Assembly (NCBI GenBank): GCA_965218795.1
Contig: OZ244653.1
Location: forward strand, 2,144,001 to 2,208,000
Direction: 5' to 3'
Source of the DNA: a bacterium
Lineage (GTDB): Bacteria > UBA8248 > JACPRG01 > G963555815
Length of the DNA: 64,000 nt
The position numbers and the translations under genes were made by a program. Shown here piece by piece: positions 30,626-40,353 of this stretch. The notes under the pieces were generated by a model. It saw nothing but the letters and a program-made list of their open reading frames with translations, made no database searches and was not told the DNA's origin. The stretch's first letter is position 1; every line of letters begins with the position of its first letter.

Positions 30626-32017
30626 TCACCCGGAAACGCCATCCGGGAAATATTCATCCAGATCGATGGAACGCCAGACGCTCTCGGGCGGATCGCACCG
30701 GTCGGGCAGGGGAACATCGATCGGCTTGGTGGCATCGATCAGGACCTTCGTGTTCAACCCGTTCCTGTACGGCCAGCCCCTCCCCGAGACGCCCATGGCG
30801 TCCAGCGTTCCGCAATGCACGTCCTTGATGAAGTCGAAGTCCCTATCCGGCCGGGTTCGGGCCGTTATGGCCCACAGGACTTCTCCCAGGTTGGCCGGGT
30901 TCACGTCCTCGTCCACCACGATGGCGATCTTCAGCAGGTAGACCGACGCGAGCGCGGCCAATCCCGCCGCCTTGCCCTGCCCCTCCGTTTCCTTGCGAAT
31001 TTGAATGACCGCCGTGTGGACGATGCCCTCGGACGGGTGGAACACATCCAATACATTGTGCACCGAGGCGCGGATTTTGTTGAACACGTACGCGTCCTGA
31101 GCGAGGACCGAGCAGTTCACATGGTCGATGTAGGGGGAATGTACGTCGTAGAGGATAGCGTCTTTGCGGTGCGTGATGGCCGAGACCTCAATCACCGGCG
31201 AGTTTCGGGCCTCCCCATAGAAGAACGTGTACTCCCCGAAGGGCCCCTCTTCTTCCCGAACGCCTGAGAGGAACTTGCCCTCGATGACGAACTCGGCCCG
31301 GGCGGGGACGGGGACATCCACGGATTCCGCCGGGACGAGCTCGAGCGCTTCGCCCAATACGCCGCTCATCGTGGCCAGCTCATTCTGGAGCGGTCCCCGC
31401 ACCTGGGAGGCCAGAACGCAGAGGGGATGATGGCCGATGAAGATGGCGCACTCCAGGTCCTGTCCCTTCGCCTCCGCCTTCTTGAGCAGATGGAACAGGT
31501 GCGTGCCCTCGTTGATGAAGCAACCCAGCCGCCGAGGTCCTTTGAGCATGTGCCGGTAAATTCCGATATTGGGCTCGCCGGTATCGGGGTTGCGTACGAC
31601 GGTCACGCCCGCAGTGACAAAAGGTCCCGAATCCTTCTCGGCGTGGGTGACGATGGGGAGCCTGCGGAGGTCGCATTCTTCTCCCCGAGAGACCACCTCC
31701 TTGACGGGTCCGGTGTCCACCTGGACGGGGGGGATGGGTTTGTCCAGCCCTTCACTCCAGGCCTTCAACATGGATTGGCGGTCGGCTACCCCCATGCCGT
31801 AGGCCATCCGTTCCCGGGTGGCGTGAACATTCGTGAGCACAGCGTGATCGCTTCCCTGGACGTTCTCAAAAAGGACGGCGGGGTATTTCCGGTCTTCCTG
31901 AAGCCGCCGGATCACACCCGAAATCTCGAATTTCGGATCGACCTGACGCGAGACACGCAGGATTTCACCCGGATGACGCTCCTCCATCTCTTCGATGAAG
32001 GTTCTCAAATCCTTCAT
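30626..32017 (-). CDS. UbiD-family decarboxylase, second paralog
   Basis: MKDLRTFI, GIYRH, EEGPFGEY, VVDEDVN, IDATKP. Confidence 0.93.
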   Translation of the reverse strand: MKDLRTFIEEMEERHPGEILRVSRQVDPKFEISGVIRRLQEDRKYPAVLFENVQGSDHAVLTNVHATRERMAYGMGVADRQSMLKAWSEGLDKPIPPVQVDTGPVKEVVSRGEECDLRRLPIVTHAEKDSGPFVTAGVTVVRNPDTGEPNIGIYRHMLKGPRRLGCFINEGTHLFHLLKKAEAKGQDLECAIFIGHHPLCVLASQVRGPLQNELATMSGVLGEALELVPAESVDVPVPARAEFVIEGKFLSGVREEEGPFGEYTFFYGEARNSPVIEVSAITHRKDAILYDVHSPYIDHVNCSVLAQDAYVFNKIRASVHNVLDVFHPSEGIVHTAVIQIRKETEGQGKAAGLAALASVYLLKIAIVVDEDVNPANLGEVLWAITARTRPDRDFDFIKDVHCGTLDAMGVSGRGWPYRNGLNTKVLIDATKPIDVPLPDRCDPPESVWRSIDLDEYFPDGVSG

Positions 32018-32195
32018 GATTTCGATCTCCGCGTACTTGTCCTGCCGTCAAATCGAATGGACTGAAAAAAGGAGAAGACCTTTTTTTAACCGCTTATCCT
32101 TGGGACGGCAATCGCCGCCAACGAGCAACCGCGACTGCCCGCGTAGCCGAAGCAAGGCCGAACCGGGGCCCTCCCGGGCAGCGGCCGAGGCCCAA

Positions 32196-33290
32196 TCAGA
32201 CTTCCGGCAGAAGAACGACCTTGATGGAATCCTCTCCCGGAAGCTGGCGCCCAACGCACTGAACCGCCTTTTCGGCCTCGGAGAGCTTGAACCGGTGAGT
32301 CACCATCTTCTCGACGGGATATTTTCCCGCCTCTAGGAGGCGAATCGTCGGCACGACCGAATCCGCGTCATGCGTGAAAACCCCCTGAATTCGGATCTCG
32401 TTGAGAGCGATCTTGTCGACGTTGAGGGGCGTTTCGACCAACGTCCCCTTCAAGCCCGCACTGACGATGGTCCCCTGCTTCCGAACCCAATCGACGGCCT
32501 GCGTCAATGCGGCCGGGCTCGAGGTCACATCGATGACCACATCGGCGCCCAGACCGCCGGTCAATTCCATCACCCGCTCCGACGCGCCGGGCTCATCGAC
32601 CCTCACCGTGTGGTCCGCCCCCAGCTCTTCCGCCAGGGCAAAACGTTTCTCATCTCCCGAGACCCCCGTGGCGATGATCAAGCCCGCGCCCGCCTCCTTG
32701 CAGGCCACGATAGCGGCCAGACCCTGTTGGCCCACCCCTTCGATGATAACGACGTCGCCGATCCCGACGCCGCCCCGCTGGTGCGCCCACCTGAGCCCGT
32801 TGGCGAGCACTCCGCAGGTGAGAACCGCCGCTTCCGCGGGTACGGACTCCGCGATCTTATGCACCCGGGCGCCAGGCGCGATGTAAAGAAATTGACCGTA
32901 CGCCCCCCAGAGGTGAGGAGGCTGATCGCAGGGCACTGAGGTGCCGTAGCCCAGATCGTTGTCGCAGAAGACATAGCGCCCAGCCTTGCAGAAGCGGCAG
33001 CCGCCGCAGCTGATGCGGGATTCGACCACCACGCGATCGCCCTCGGCCACCCCGAGGCGTTGGGCGGCCTTTTCGCCAAGCTTCTCGATCCGCCCCAGAA
33101 TTTCGTGGCCAAGAATCACCGGATAGTGCGGAAGCTTCACTTTTTCGTGAAACCAGGCGTAGTCGGACCCGCAAACTCCGGTCATCTCCACGCGCATGAG
33201 CCCGTCGTCCTGTCCGGTCTCCGGCAGGGGAAATTCCCGCAGGCCCATGATCTCTTTGCCTTCCATCACCGCAGAGCATTCACTCGCCAT
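32196..33290 (-). CDS. Zn-dependent (MDR) alcohol dehydrogenase
   Basis: GVCGSD, GHE, CGGCRFC...C, GVGQQG. Start set at ATG 33290. Confidence 0.92.
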   Translation of the reverse strand: MASECSAVMEGKEIMGLREFPLPETGQDDGLMRVEMTGVCGSDYAWFHEKVKLPHYPVILGHEILGRIEKLGEKAAQRLGVAEGDRVVVESRISCGGCRFCKAGRYVFCDNDLGYGTSVPCDQPPHLWGAYGQFLYIAPGARVHKIAESVPAEAAVLTCGVLANGLRWAHQRGGVGIGDVVIIEGVGQQGLAAIVACKEAGAGLIIATGVSGDEKRFALAEELGADHTVRVDEPGASERVMELTGGLGADVVIDVTSSPAALTQAVDWVRKQGTIVSAGLKGTLVETPLNVDKIALNEIRIQGVFTHDADSVVPTIRLLEAGKYPVEKMVTHRFKLSEAEKAVQCVGRQLPGEDSIKVVLLPEV

Positions 33291-33586
33291 TGGCTGTATC
33301 CAATCCTCGACCCGCCCCACCGGAAGGGGGCCGGGTCCTTGTGACTCGAATCATGAGAAAGGCATTTCCAAACAGGAGACATCATACACCGCCTTTTTGG
33401 AATCGATCGCAAAAAATGGGCGTGTCCTCTATTTGAGGAAGACCATTTTCTCTGTTTTGGAAGTGCGGGGCCAAGTCCATCGAAACCATCAACCTATTCG
33501 TTAGCCAAGAAGGTTAAGGGGACAGGCATTTTCAGGGGAAGGTATCTGACTGGTGCAGACCCGCCGGTTCGCGCTGGGGAATACCA

Positions 33587-33620
33587 AGAGAAAAGGCCCC
33601 GCACGATGGTACGGGGCCTC
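33587..33620 (-). terminator. Rho-independent terminator after the glycosyltransferase
   Basis: Minus strand aggccccgtac-catc-gtgcggggcct followed by tttctctt. Confidence 0.65.
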
Positions 33621-33700
33621 ATTTCTCCAAATTTTCAAAGCCTATTACAAATTCAATTTCTGTTTGGCCCTTCCTGCCGAATTCCGAAAAAAGCCATCGA

Positions 33701-34924
33701 TCAGGCGACCTCGGCCATCTTCGCGCTCTCATCGATTGCGGCGTTGATTTGATCGAGAAAATCCGGGATACCCGAGATGACCCGGTTCCAGTTGGGCATG
33801 GGCTTATCGCCCATGGGATCCTCATAAAACTCGTTGCCGGCAATCTCGATGGCGTTGGTGAACGCCTCAACCGCCAGCCCTTCTTCATGCCTGTCGAAAA
33901 CGAGCCGGTTGATCGCCGCGTCTGCGTTGTAGCGCACAATATGATCCTGCGCCATTCTTACATAAGCCACCCGCAGGGTTTTCAGGAATCCCGCAGAAAA
34001 GGTCACCCCTTCGGACGCCAGCGTCCGGAAAATGGCCTTCGTGACGTCGATACTCATTTTGAGCAAACCCATGCCCGCGTCATTCGCCGAGAGCGGCTGG
34101 TGTTTGTGGTCGTAGTTTCCGCAAAGCTCGACCTGGCAAACACGTTTCACCGAACAGTTCCGATAAATCTCGGCCAGCGTCCCCACCTCCAGACCCCAGT
34201 CCGAAGGCACGCGGTTGATCCTGGCCAAGTCGACTTTCATGGAGAATTCACCGGCCAACGGGTAGCGGAAGCTGTCCATGTATTCCAGGAACGGCAATGG
34301 GCCCAATAGCGTCTTGAGACTTCTCAGAAGAGGCGTCACGAGCAAACGCGTCACGCGCCCATGCAATCGGTCCGTCACGCGGCTGTAGAATCCTTTGCAG
34401 AACTCAAAGGAAAATGCCGGATGAACCAGTGGATAACAAAGTCTGGCGAGGAGTTCGCGATCGAACGTGGTGATGTCGCAGTCATGGAGGACGATGGTCT
34501 TGGCCCTTCCTTCCGCCAGGATGTAACCATAGGCCAGCCAGGCCGCCCTCCCCTTCCCTTCCGAGCCGGGGTCCAGATCATTCCGGGCGAGCACCTGGAT
34601 TAATTGGCTCATCGGGGCGCCTTCCAGCCAGAGTATGCGTTTCCTTTGCGGGAGAATCGAGAAGAAGTCCACAGCCCTGAGGTAGTCCTCGCCCGACGCC
34701 CTTCCGAGCGCAATTACGATTTCATCGATATATTCGGCGCCCCGCAAATGCTGGACGATGTTCGGGAGCGCATCCCCATCCATTTCGCTTGTCAAGCAGG
34801 GCAGAACAAGCGCTATCGGGTTTTCCTCGGAAAAACGGACGAGTTCGTCCTCCAATTCCGGGAGGATATCAGAACGGAGACGATTCAGCGTCGCGATAGG
34901 ACCATTTTGATAGAAATCACCCAT
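33701..34924 (-). CDS. gpgS: Glucosyl-3-phosphoglycerate synthase-like glycosyltransferase (compatible-solute synthesis)
   Basis: MGDFYQNG.IATL, GKGRAAW, HDCDI, CKGFYSR, GRVTRL, RYPLAGEF, DWGLEVG, YDHKHQ. Adjacent to a HAD phosphatase. Confidence 0.8.
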   Translation of the reverse strand: MGDFYQNGPIATLNRLRSDILPELEDELVRFSEENPIALVLPCLTSEMDGDALPNIVQHLRGAEYIDEIVIALGRASGEDYLRAVDFFSILPQRKRILWLEGAPMSQLIQVLARNDLDPGSEGKGRAAWLAYGYILAEGRAKTIVLHDCDITTFDRELLARLCYPLVHPAFSFEFCKGFYSRVTDRLHGRVTRLLVTPLLRSLKTLLGPLPFLEYMDSFRYPLAGEFSMKVDLARINRVPSDWGLEVGTLAEIYRNCSVKRVCQVELCGNYDHKHQPLSANDAGMGLLKMSIDVTKAIFRTLASEGVTFSAGFLKTLRVAYVRMAQDHIVRYNADAAINRLVFDRHEEGLAVEAFTNAIEIAGNEFYEDPMGDKPMPNWNRVISGIPDFLDQINAAIDESAKMAEVA

Positions 34925-35176
34925 GAATTTTCCCCTCTGTTCCTGGGGGATGTAACCCCTTTCCAGCTTCCCGTTCCATGACCGCCGGGCTGCGGCAATT
35001 GAAGGAATCGTCAAGCTGGTTAAGGAACCCGGAGAGTCCAATCCGGACCGTCAGGCTCCCTTGGTGCCGAATTACCCTTTAGTATTCCCCATTTTGAGAA
35101 TGACTGGAAAGAGAGGGGGGGGGATTCCGCCCGAGGGCCCGAAGTAAAATAAGGTATTGGGCTCTTGGCCAAGTGA

Positions 35177-35259
35177 TCAGGTCTGCCGACTGAAGCCCCT
35201 TCCCTTCCCACGGGACCCATCGGCCTTCCGCCCACCTTATCGGGATGGATTCTGTATCC
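35177..35259 (-). ncRNA. Candidate GEMM-I-like (c-di-GMP/3'3'-cGAMP) riboswitch variant in the gpgS leader
   Basis: Minus strand ATACAGAATCCATCCCGATAAGGTGGGCGGAAGGCCGATGGGTCCC...AGTCGGC: a CCATC/GGTGG stem, a CGGAA junction, then a GCCGA/TCGGC stem. It starts just after a TATATT -10-like box. Degenerate relative to the canonical motif. Confidence 0.4.
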
Positions 35260-35481
35260 TAATAATATAACCCGAAAAAAGGATGGGTCCATGACAAGTT
35301 TGTGAACTCTTCAATTCATTATAAATTACAATGAGTCCAATCGTAGATTTCGATGGTTCGGGGTTCAATTCTTCCATTTCATGAAAATTCTTGCTCCAAC
35401 GAGGCGATCCGCAGGCTGCTTTTTCGAAATGAATACGATTGGCTTCAGGGGATTGTTAGAGAGGCACAAAGAAAATACTAT

Positions 35482-36336
35482 TCATTGATGGGGGGAATGG
35501 ACCCTGATTTTTCTTTCATTCAGGACGGCCCAGACCTCATCCACCCAGCCGCCGGGGGCGCGGCGCATGGCCAGGCGGACCCCGGAAAGAGCAGCCAATC
35601 TGTGATCCCAACCCTTCCGCGTCGGGATCACAACGGGCAGATCGGCCCGTTCCAAAAGCCCGAGATCGTTTTCTGCATCGCCCAGGGCGACCGTAAATCC
35701 ACGGTTCCCCTTTTTCTGAATAAAATCCATCAGCCGCCCCAGAGCCGCCCCTTTGTCCACATGTCCCATCAGATGATGAAGCCTGCCTCCTTGGACCACA
35801 CGCAGGTTGTTTTCGTCAGCCAGGGTCTTGAAGCGTTCCAGCGCGAATGCCTGCCCTTCGAATTGGAATGGAAGGATATACTCCCGCTCACGCGCCAAAG
35901 CCGCGGCCTCCATCGGTAGTCCCGTCACACAGGCGACTTCATCAACCGGCATATCCAGGAGCGTTCGCACCCGCAGGTCCGCCCACCTTGCCATTGACTC
36001 CATTTTGTCCTGAAGTTCGGAAACCGCCGGCCCCAACTCGAGGAACCATCGATCATCATTCATTACGCCGCCGGGGACGGGATTGGGAAACCCTTGAGGA
36101 AATACAACGGCGCTGCCGTTCTCGCAAATGAACGGGCCTCGAACCTGAAGGGCATCTTGCAAGACGTCCATCTCTTTTCGGGTCTTGCTCGACGCCAGGA
36201 TGAGGGGAATCTCTCTCTCTGCCAGGAAGCGGAGCACCGGCTCAGCCTCGCCGAACCCGTACGTATCCTCCCCCAGAAGGGTCCCGTCCAGGTCGGAGAC
36301 GAGAAGGAGATCGATGGATTTCCGGCCGTCCGGCAT
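35482..36336 (-). CDS. Glucosyl/mannosyl-3-phosphoglycerate phosphatase (HAD-IIB)
   Basis: SDLDGTLL, SSKTRKE, PFICENG, REY, QGGRLHH, DKG, LGDAEND. Confidence 0.9.
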   Translation of the reverse strand: MPDGRKSIDLLLVSDLDGTLLGEDTYGFGEAEPVLRFLAEREIPLILASSKTRKEMDVLQDALQVRGPFICENGSAVVFPQGFPNPVPGGVMNDDRWFLELGPAVSELQDKMESMARWADLRVRTLLDMPVDEVACVTGLPMEAAALAREREYILPFQFEGQAFALERFKTLADENNLRVVQGGRLHHLMGHVDKGAALGRLMDFIQKKGNRGFTVALGDAENDLGLLERADLPVVIPTRKGWDHRLAALSGVRLAMRRAPGGWVDEVWAVLNERKIRVHSPHQ

Positions 36337-36392
36337 AGGCTCGATATTTCAGTGGAAGGGTGAAAGGCGGGCTTGTCACCAGGATCAGCGGG

Positions 36393-37421
36393 TCACTCGA
36401 CACCGACTTCGCGCATCATCCGCCGATATTCGAGGGCAATACTGTCCGGTCCTTTCACGTGGAGCTCTTCGGAGAGGTCGAGCGGAAGCTCCTCCGGCCG
36501 CTGGTTGCCGACGATCACAAAGTCCTGTTCATAGATGGTCGCCTGCGTCTCGATGTGTTTCTGCCCCGATTCCGTCAAGGGTGGACCCGTAATCTCATCT
36601 CCGTGGAAGAGGGTCGGCCCGTCCACCACCTCCCGCTCATCCAAATCGTAATTCCGGCAGAGCTGCATGAACCGGGTGCTCTCCTTTTCCGTGTGCGGGC
36701 AGACGCAAACCAGATAAACCTCGCAGGCGCCGTCGGGCTGCTCCTTACGCTGGTGAATCGTGAAAGGGCGCTTCAGCCTGTAGCTCCGGACGTGGGGGTC
36801 GGCATGAAACTCGTCCGTGGGATTGTCGAAATGGAATACCATCTCCTCAGGCTCCCGCTTCAGGAAGAACTCGGGCATCAAGGTCTTGTCGCGTGTGCCG
36901 AGGATATTTTCATGCACCCAGGCGAAATGGGCCTGATCGACGAAGTTCTCGATCACTCGGGCCGCGCTGCCCTCCCAGGCGGTCCGCTGCCGGAGGAACA
37001 CCTTGTAAGCCGGGTCCTCGAAATCCGGACATTCGGGAATGCCTGCGCGCGGCTCATCGGCCAGGCATACCCAGATCAGACCATATCGTTCCTGGGTGCG
37101 ATAAGCCGTCAGGCAGGCCTTTTTCGGAATGGGATGTTCAAGCGGGACGGACGGGATGCGGGTGCACCTGCCCTCCGTATCGTACGACCAGCCGTGGTAG
37201 GCGCAGACGACCTGTTCGCCCTCAATCCACCCGAGCGATATGGGGGTTCCCCGGTGAATGCAGAGATCATAAAACGCCCGATACACGTCCCCCAGCTTGC
37301 AGATCGCCAGGCGTTCCCCCAGGAGGGTCGCCTGCGCGGGCTTGTCATCGGGCACCTCGTGCGCATACACAACGGGATGCCAGTAAGACCGAATGGCAGG
37401 CCAGATATCACTCTCACGCAT
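36393..37421 (-). CDS. Rieske non-heme iron oxygenase alpha subunit (VanA/NdmA demethylase-like)
   Basis: CIHRG...CAYHGW Rieske motif; ENFVDQAHFAWVH; EQD; LHVKGPD. Confidence 0.9.
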   Translation of the reverse strand: MRESDIWPAIRSYWHPVVYAHEVPDDKPAQATLLGERLAICKLGDVYRAFYDLCIHRGTPISLGWIEGEQVVCAYHGWSYDTEGRCTRIPSVPLEHPIPKKACLTAYRTQERYGLIWVCLADEPRAGIPECPDFEDPAYKVFLRQRTAWEGSAARVIENFVDQAHFAWVHENILGTRDKTLMPEFFLKREPEEMVFHFDNPTDEFHADPHVRSYRLKRPFTIHQRKEQPDGACEVYLVCVCPHTEKESTRFMQLCRNYDLDEREVVDGPTLFHGDEITGPPLTESGQKHIETQATIYEQDFVIVGNQRPEELPLDLSEELHVKGPDSIALEYRRMMREVGVE

Positions 37422-37706
37422 TCCTATGTCTCCCCATCAGGATCCACAGTTCCTCAGTTGAATACGAACAGGGCCACGAGACAGACCCGACCGGACCGAT
37501 ACGAGACCGTGCGCTCCTCCAACGAATCCTGAACCACCGTCCGACCGCATGTTCACCGGAGCGCAAGCCGCTCATATTCTATATGAATCCCGAAAAGGTA
37601 ATACAGCTGTTCTGTGAAAAGCACATGCAATCCCAATCGCACCGGTTTAGAATATGCGCGGATTCGATCGATGGTCGGAGGTTTCCCGTCATGTGGATGA
37701 CTCCCA

Positions 37707-39299
37707 ATGGGTGATCAGTTTCGAACGGGACGGTCCGCAGTCTACGCCCAAAACGGTATGGCGGCGACCAGCCAGCCGTACGCCACCCTGGCCGCTCTGA
37801 ACATCATGCAGAACGGCGGAAACGCCATTGATGCCGCGGTGGCGGCGGCGGCGGTTCTGAACGTTGTCGAGCCCCACAGTACAGGCATCGGCGGGGACGT
37901 CTTCGCGCTTTTCTGGTGGGCCGAGACGGGCGAGCTCAAGGCCCTGAACGGCAGCGGCCGAGCGCCCGCAGCCGCAACCATCGAAGCGTACCGGAGGCGC
38001 GGTCATTCTACGATGCCCTTCGAGGATGTTCTCTCCGTGACCACGCCGGGAACGGTCGACGGCTGGGCGCGGCTGTTGGAAGACTATGGCCGCATGGACT
38101 TCGCGAAGGTGCTGGCGCCGGCCATACGTCTTGCCGAAGAAGGCTTCGCGGTCTCTCCGGTCATCGGCAAAGCCTGGGAGGGGGAAACGGAAAAGCTCCT
38201 CCGGGACCCGGACGCCGCCCGAAGCTATCTGGTGGACGGCCGCGCTCCCAGCGAGGGAGACCTGGTGCGGAATCCCGCGTTGGGCCGAACGTTTCGCATC
38301 CTCGCCGACGGGGGAAGAGACGATTTTTACAAAGGCGGGTTGGGTGAGATGATCGTCCGGTCCCTCCAAGAGAAGGGCGGTCTACTTACAATGGAAGACC
38401 TCAAGGCGCACCGGTCGGATTGGGTTGACCCCATCTCCACGACGTTTCACGGCTACGAGGTCTTTGAGATTCCGCCCAACGGGCAGGGGCTGACCGCCCT
38501 GCTCGCGCTGAACATCCTGGAGAACGAAGACTTCTCCCTGCTCGAACCCGAATCGGCGGATTATTGCCACCTGATTCTCGAAACGATGAAGCTGGCGTTT
38601 GCCGACCGCGATTTCTACATTGCCGACCCCGGGTTCGTGGACGTTCCGGTCGAACGACTCCTTTCGAAGGAATATGCGGCGGAGCGGAGGAGGCTGATCG
38701 ATCCCCGCCGCGCGCTGCCGGATACCGCCCACGGACATGCTGACGGAGGGGACACGGTCTACCTCGCGACGGCGGATGCCGACGGAAACATGGTCTCCTT
38801 CATCAACAGCATCTATACAAGCTTCGGCTCGGGTATCTGCGCGGGCAATACAGGAATCATGATGCAAAACCGGGCGGCCGGATATGTTCTGGACGAGGAT
38901 CACCCCCGGCGCCTGGAGCCCGGCAAGCGTCCCTTCCATACAATCATCCCCGGGTTCCTGATGAAGGACGGTCACCCCCTGATGGCGTTCGGCGTCATGG
39001 GGGCGGACATGCAGCCCCAGGGCCACGTCCAGCTCCTGCTGAATCACCTGGAGTTCGGGATGGACCTTCAGGAGGCGGTGGAGGCGCAGCGCGTCCGGTT
39101 TATCACGGGAAATCAGGTCTGGGTGGAAGATCGGATCCCGGCAGCCGTGGCCCAGAACCTGGTCGGACGGGGACACGCTGTGTACCGGGTGGGCGCAATG
39201 GGGTTCGGGGGCGCGCAGGCAATCGCGCGGAATCCGCAGACCGGAGTCTATACCGGCGCATCGGAATCGCGTAAAGACGGTTGTGCGATGGGGTACTAG
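37707..39299 (+). CDS. ggt: Gamma-glutamyltransferase-family Ntn hydrolase (cytoplasmic YwrD/HpxW-like)
   Basis: GGNAIDAA, GIGGD, PPNGQG, GGD|TVYL (catalytic Thr), PGKRPFHT, GVMG. No signal peptide. Confidence 0.92.
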   Translation: MGDQFRTGRSAVYAQNGMAATSQPYATLAALNIMQNGGNAIDAAVAAAAVLNVVEPHSTGIGGDVFALFWWAETGELKALNGSGRAPAAATIEAYRRRGHSTMPFEDVLSVTTPGTVDGWARLLEDYGRMDFAKVLAPAIRLAEEGFAVSPVIGKAWEGETEKLLRDPDAARSYLVDGRAPSEGDLVRNPALGRTFRILADGGRDDFYKGGLGEMIVRSLQEKGGLLTMEDLKAHRSDWVDPISTTFHGYEVFEIPPNGQGLTALLALNILENEDFSLLEPESADYCHLILETMKLAFADRDFYIADPGFVDVPVERLLSKEYAAERRRLIDPRRALPDTAHGHADGGDTVYLATADADGNMVSFINSIYTSFGSGICAGNTGIMMQNRAAGYVLDEDHPRRLEPGKRPFHTIIPGFLMKDGHPLMAFGVMGADMQPQGHVQLLLNHLEFGMDLQEAVEAQRVRFITGNQVWVEDRIPAAVAQNLVGRGHAVYRVGAMGFGGAQAIARNPQTGVYTGASESRKDGCAMGY

Positions 39300-39413
39300 G
39301 CGGAGATTCCGCGTTCAAGAGTAAAACGGCCTGATATCACCGGCTGCATCACCAGGCACTTCGCACAAAGCGGCCCGTCACGTCATTGAAAGACACCTCA
39401 CACCCGGCCCTCC

Positions 39414-39449
39414 ACAGAGAAGGGAAGGACGCCGTCCTCCCCTTTCTGT
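39414..39449. terminator. Hairpin between convergent genes (probable terminator)
   Basis: acagagaagggaaggac-gcc-gtcctcccctttctgt. Confidence 0.5.
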
Positions 39450-39474
39450 CTAATCAGAAAACCGATGAATCGCC

Positions 39475-40353
39475 TTACATCCCCCGCCGGACCCAATCGT
39501 AGACCCGTTCGATGTTCATCGGCAGGTACTTTTTGTAGCCCCGCCACTCCTGATACTTGGGGAGCTTAATGGTCGCCCGGGCTTTGTTCACGGACAGGCG
39601 TTCCTTGAAAGCGGCCCGAACGGCGGCCATGAGGATCTCAAGATACTCGCGGTTCATCTTGATCAGCGCGCGGGGAAGCGTGGGCGGACCATGGCCCGGC
39701 ATGATCCGATCGAACCCCTGTAGGGCCTCCAGCCGCTTGAGGACCCGGATGGAACCTATTGGATCGACGTCCCGCATCCCGCGATAGGGGAGGCTCTTTC
39801 CGCTGACCAGATCGACCAGGAACAAAAGTCGCTGCTTGGGCAGGTGGGCGAAGCTCAGGCAGTCCGAATGGCTCGGACCGAAATAGAGCATCCGGACGGT
39901 CTCCCCGCCGAGCTTGACCTCATACCGGTTCTTGAAGGTGGTATCCGGCCGGACAACCTTCGGGTTGGGGACCCTGTCGAAATATTTCATGCAGCGTTCC
40001 TGGCTAACGATCTTCGCGCCCTGGGCCTTGAAGATCCCCGCGCCGGCGGAATGGTCCCAATGGTTGTGGCTGTACAAGACGTACTTGACCGGCTTGTTGG
40101 TCAATTTCTTGATCTCGGCATTCATCATTTTGGCGCCGATGGCGCTGATGGGATCGCCCACAATGACGCCGTCGCTCGTTACGACGAAGAAGGTTCGGTG
40201 AAAGAACGACCGGAATGAGTACACGTTGTCCGCCACTTTCGTGGCCTCGAACTTCTTCATCCCCGGAGGCATCTGCGCGCGGACGGCCCCCGATCCAAGG
40301 ATCAAGGAAAAACCGACGATGAAAACCGAGCAGAACCAAAACCGCTTTTTCAT
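39475..40353 (-). CDS. Secreted MBL-fold metallo-hydrolase
   Basis: Signal peptide MKKRFW...VRA; YSHNHWDH, GPSHS, VDLV, PGHG. Confidence 0.88.
   Translation of the reverse strand: MKKRFWFCSVFIVGFSLILGSGAVRAQMPPGMKKFEATKVADNVYSFRSFFHRTFFVVTSDGVIVGDPISAIGAKMMNAEIKKLTNKPVKYVLYSHNHWDHSAGAGIFKAQGAKIVSQERCMKYFDRVPNPKVVRPDTTFKNRYEVKLGGETVRMLYFGPSHSDCLSFAHLPKQRLLFLVDLVSGKSLPYRGMRDVDPIGSIRVLKRLEALQGFDRIMPGHGPPTLPRALIKMNREYLEILMAAVRAAFKERLSVNKARATIKLPKYQEWRGYKKYLPMNIERVYDWVRRGM

Noticed and set aside
39475-40353. Metallo-beta-lactamase resistance gene
   Set aside because: The HxHxDH fold motif alone does not indicate beta-lactamase activity; general hydrolase is the supportable call.
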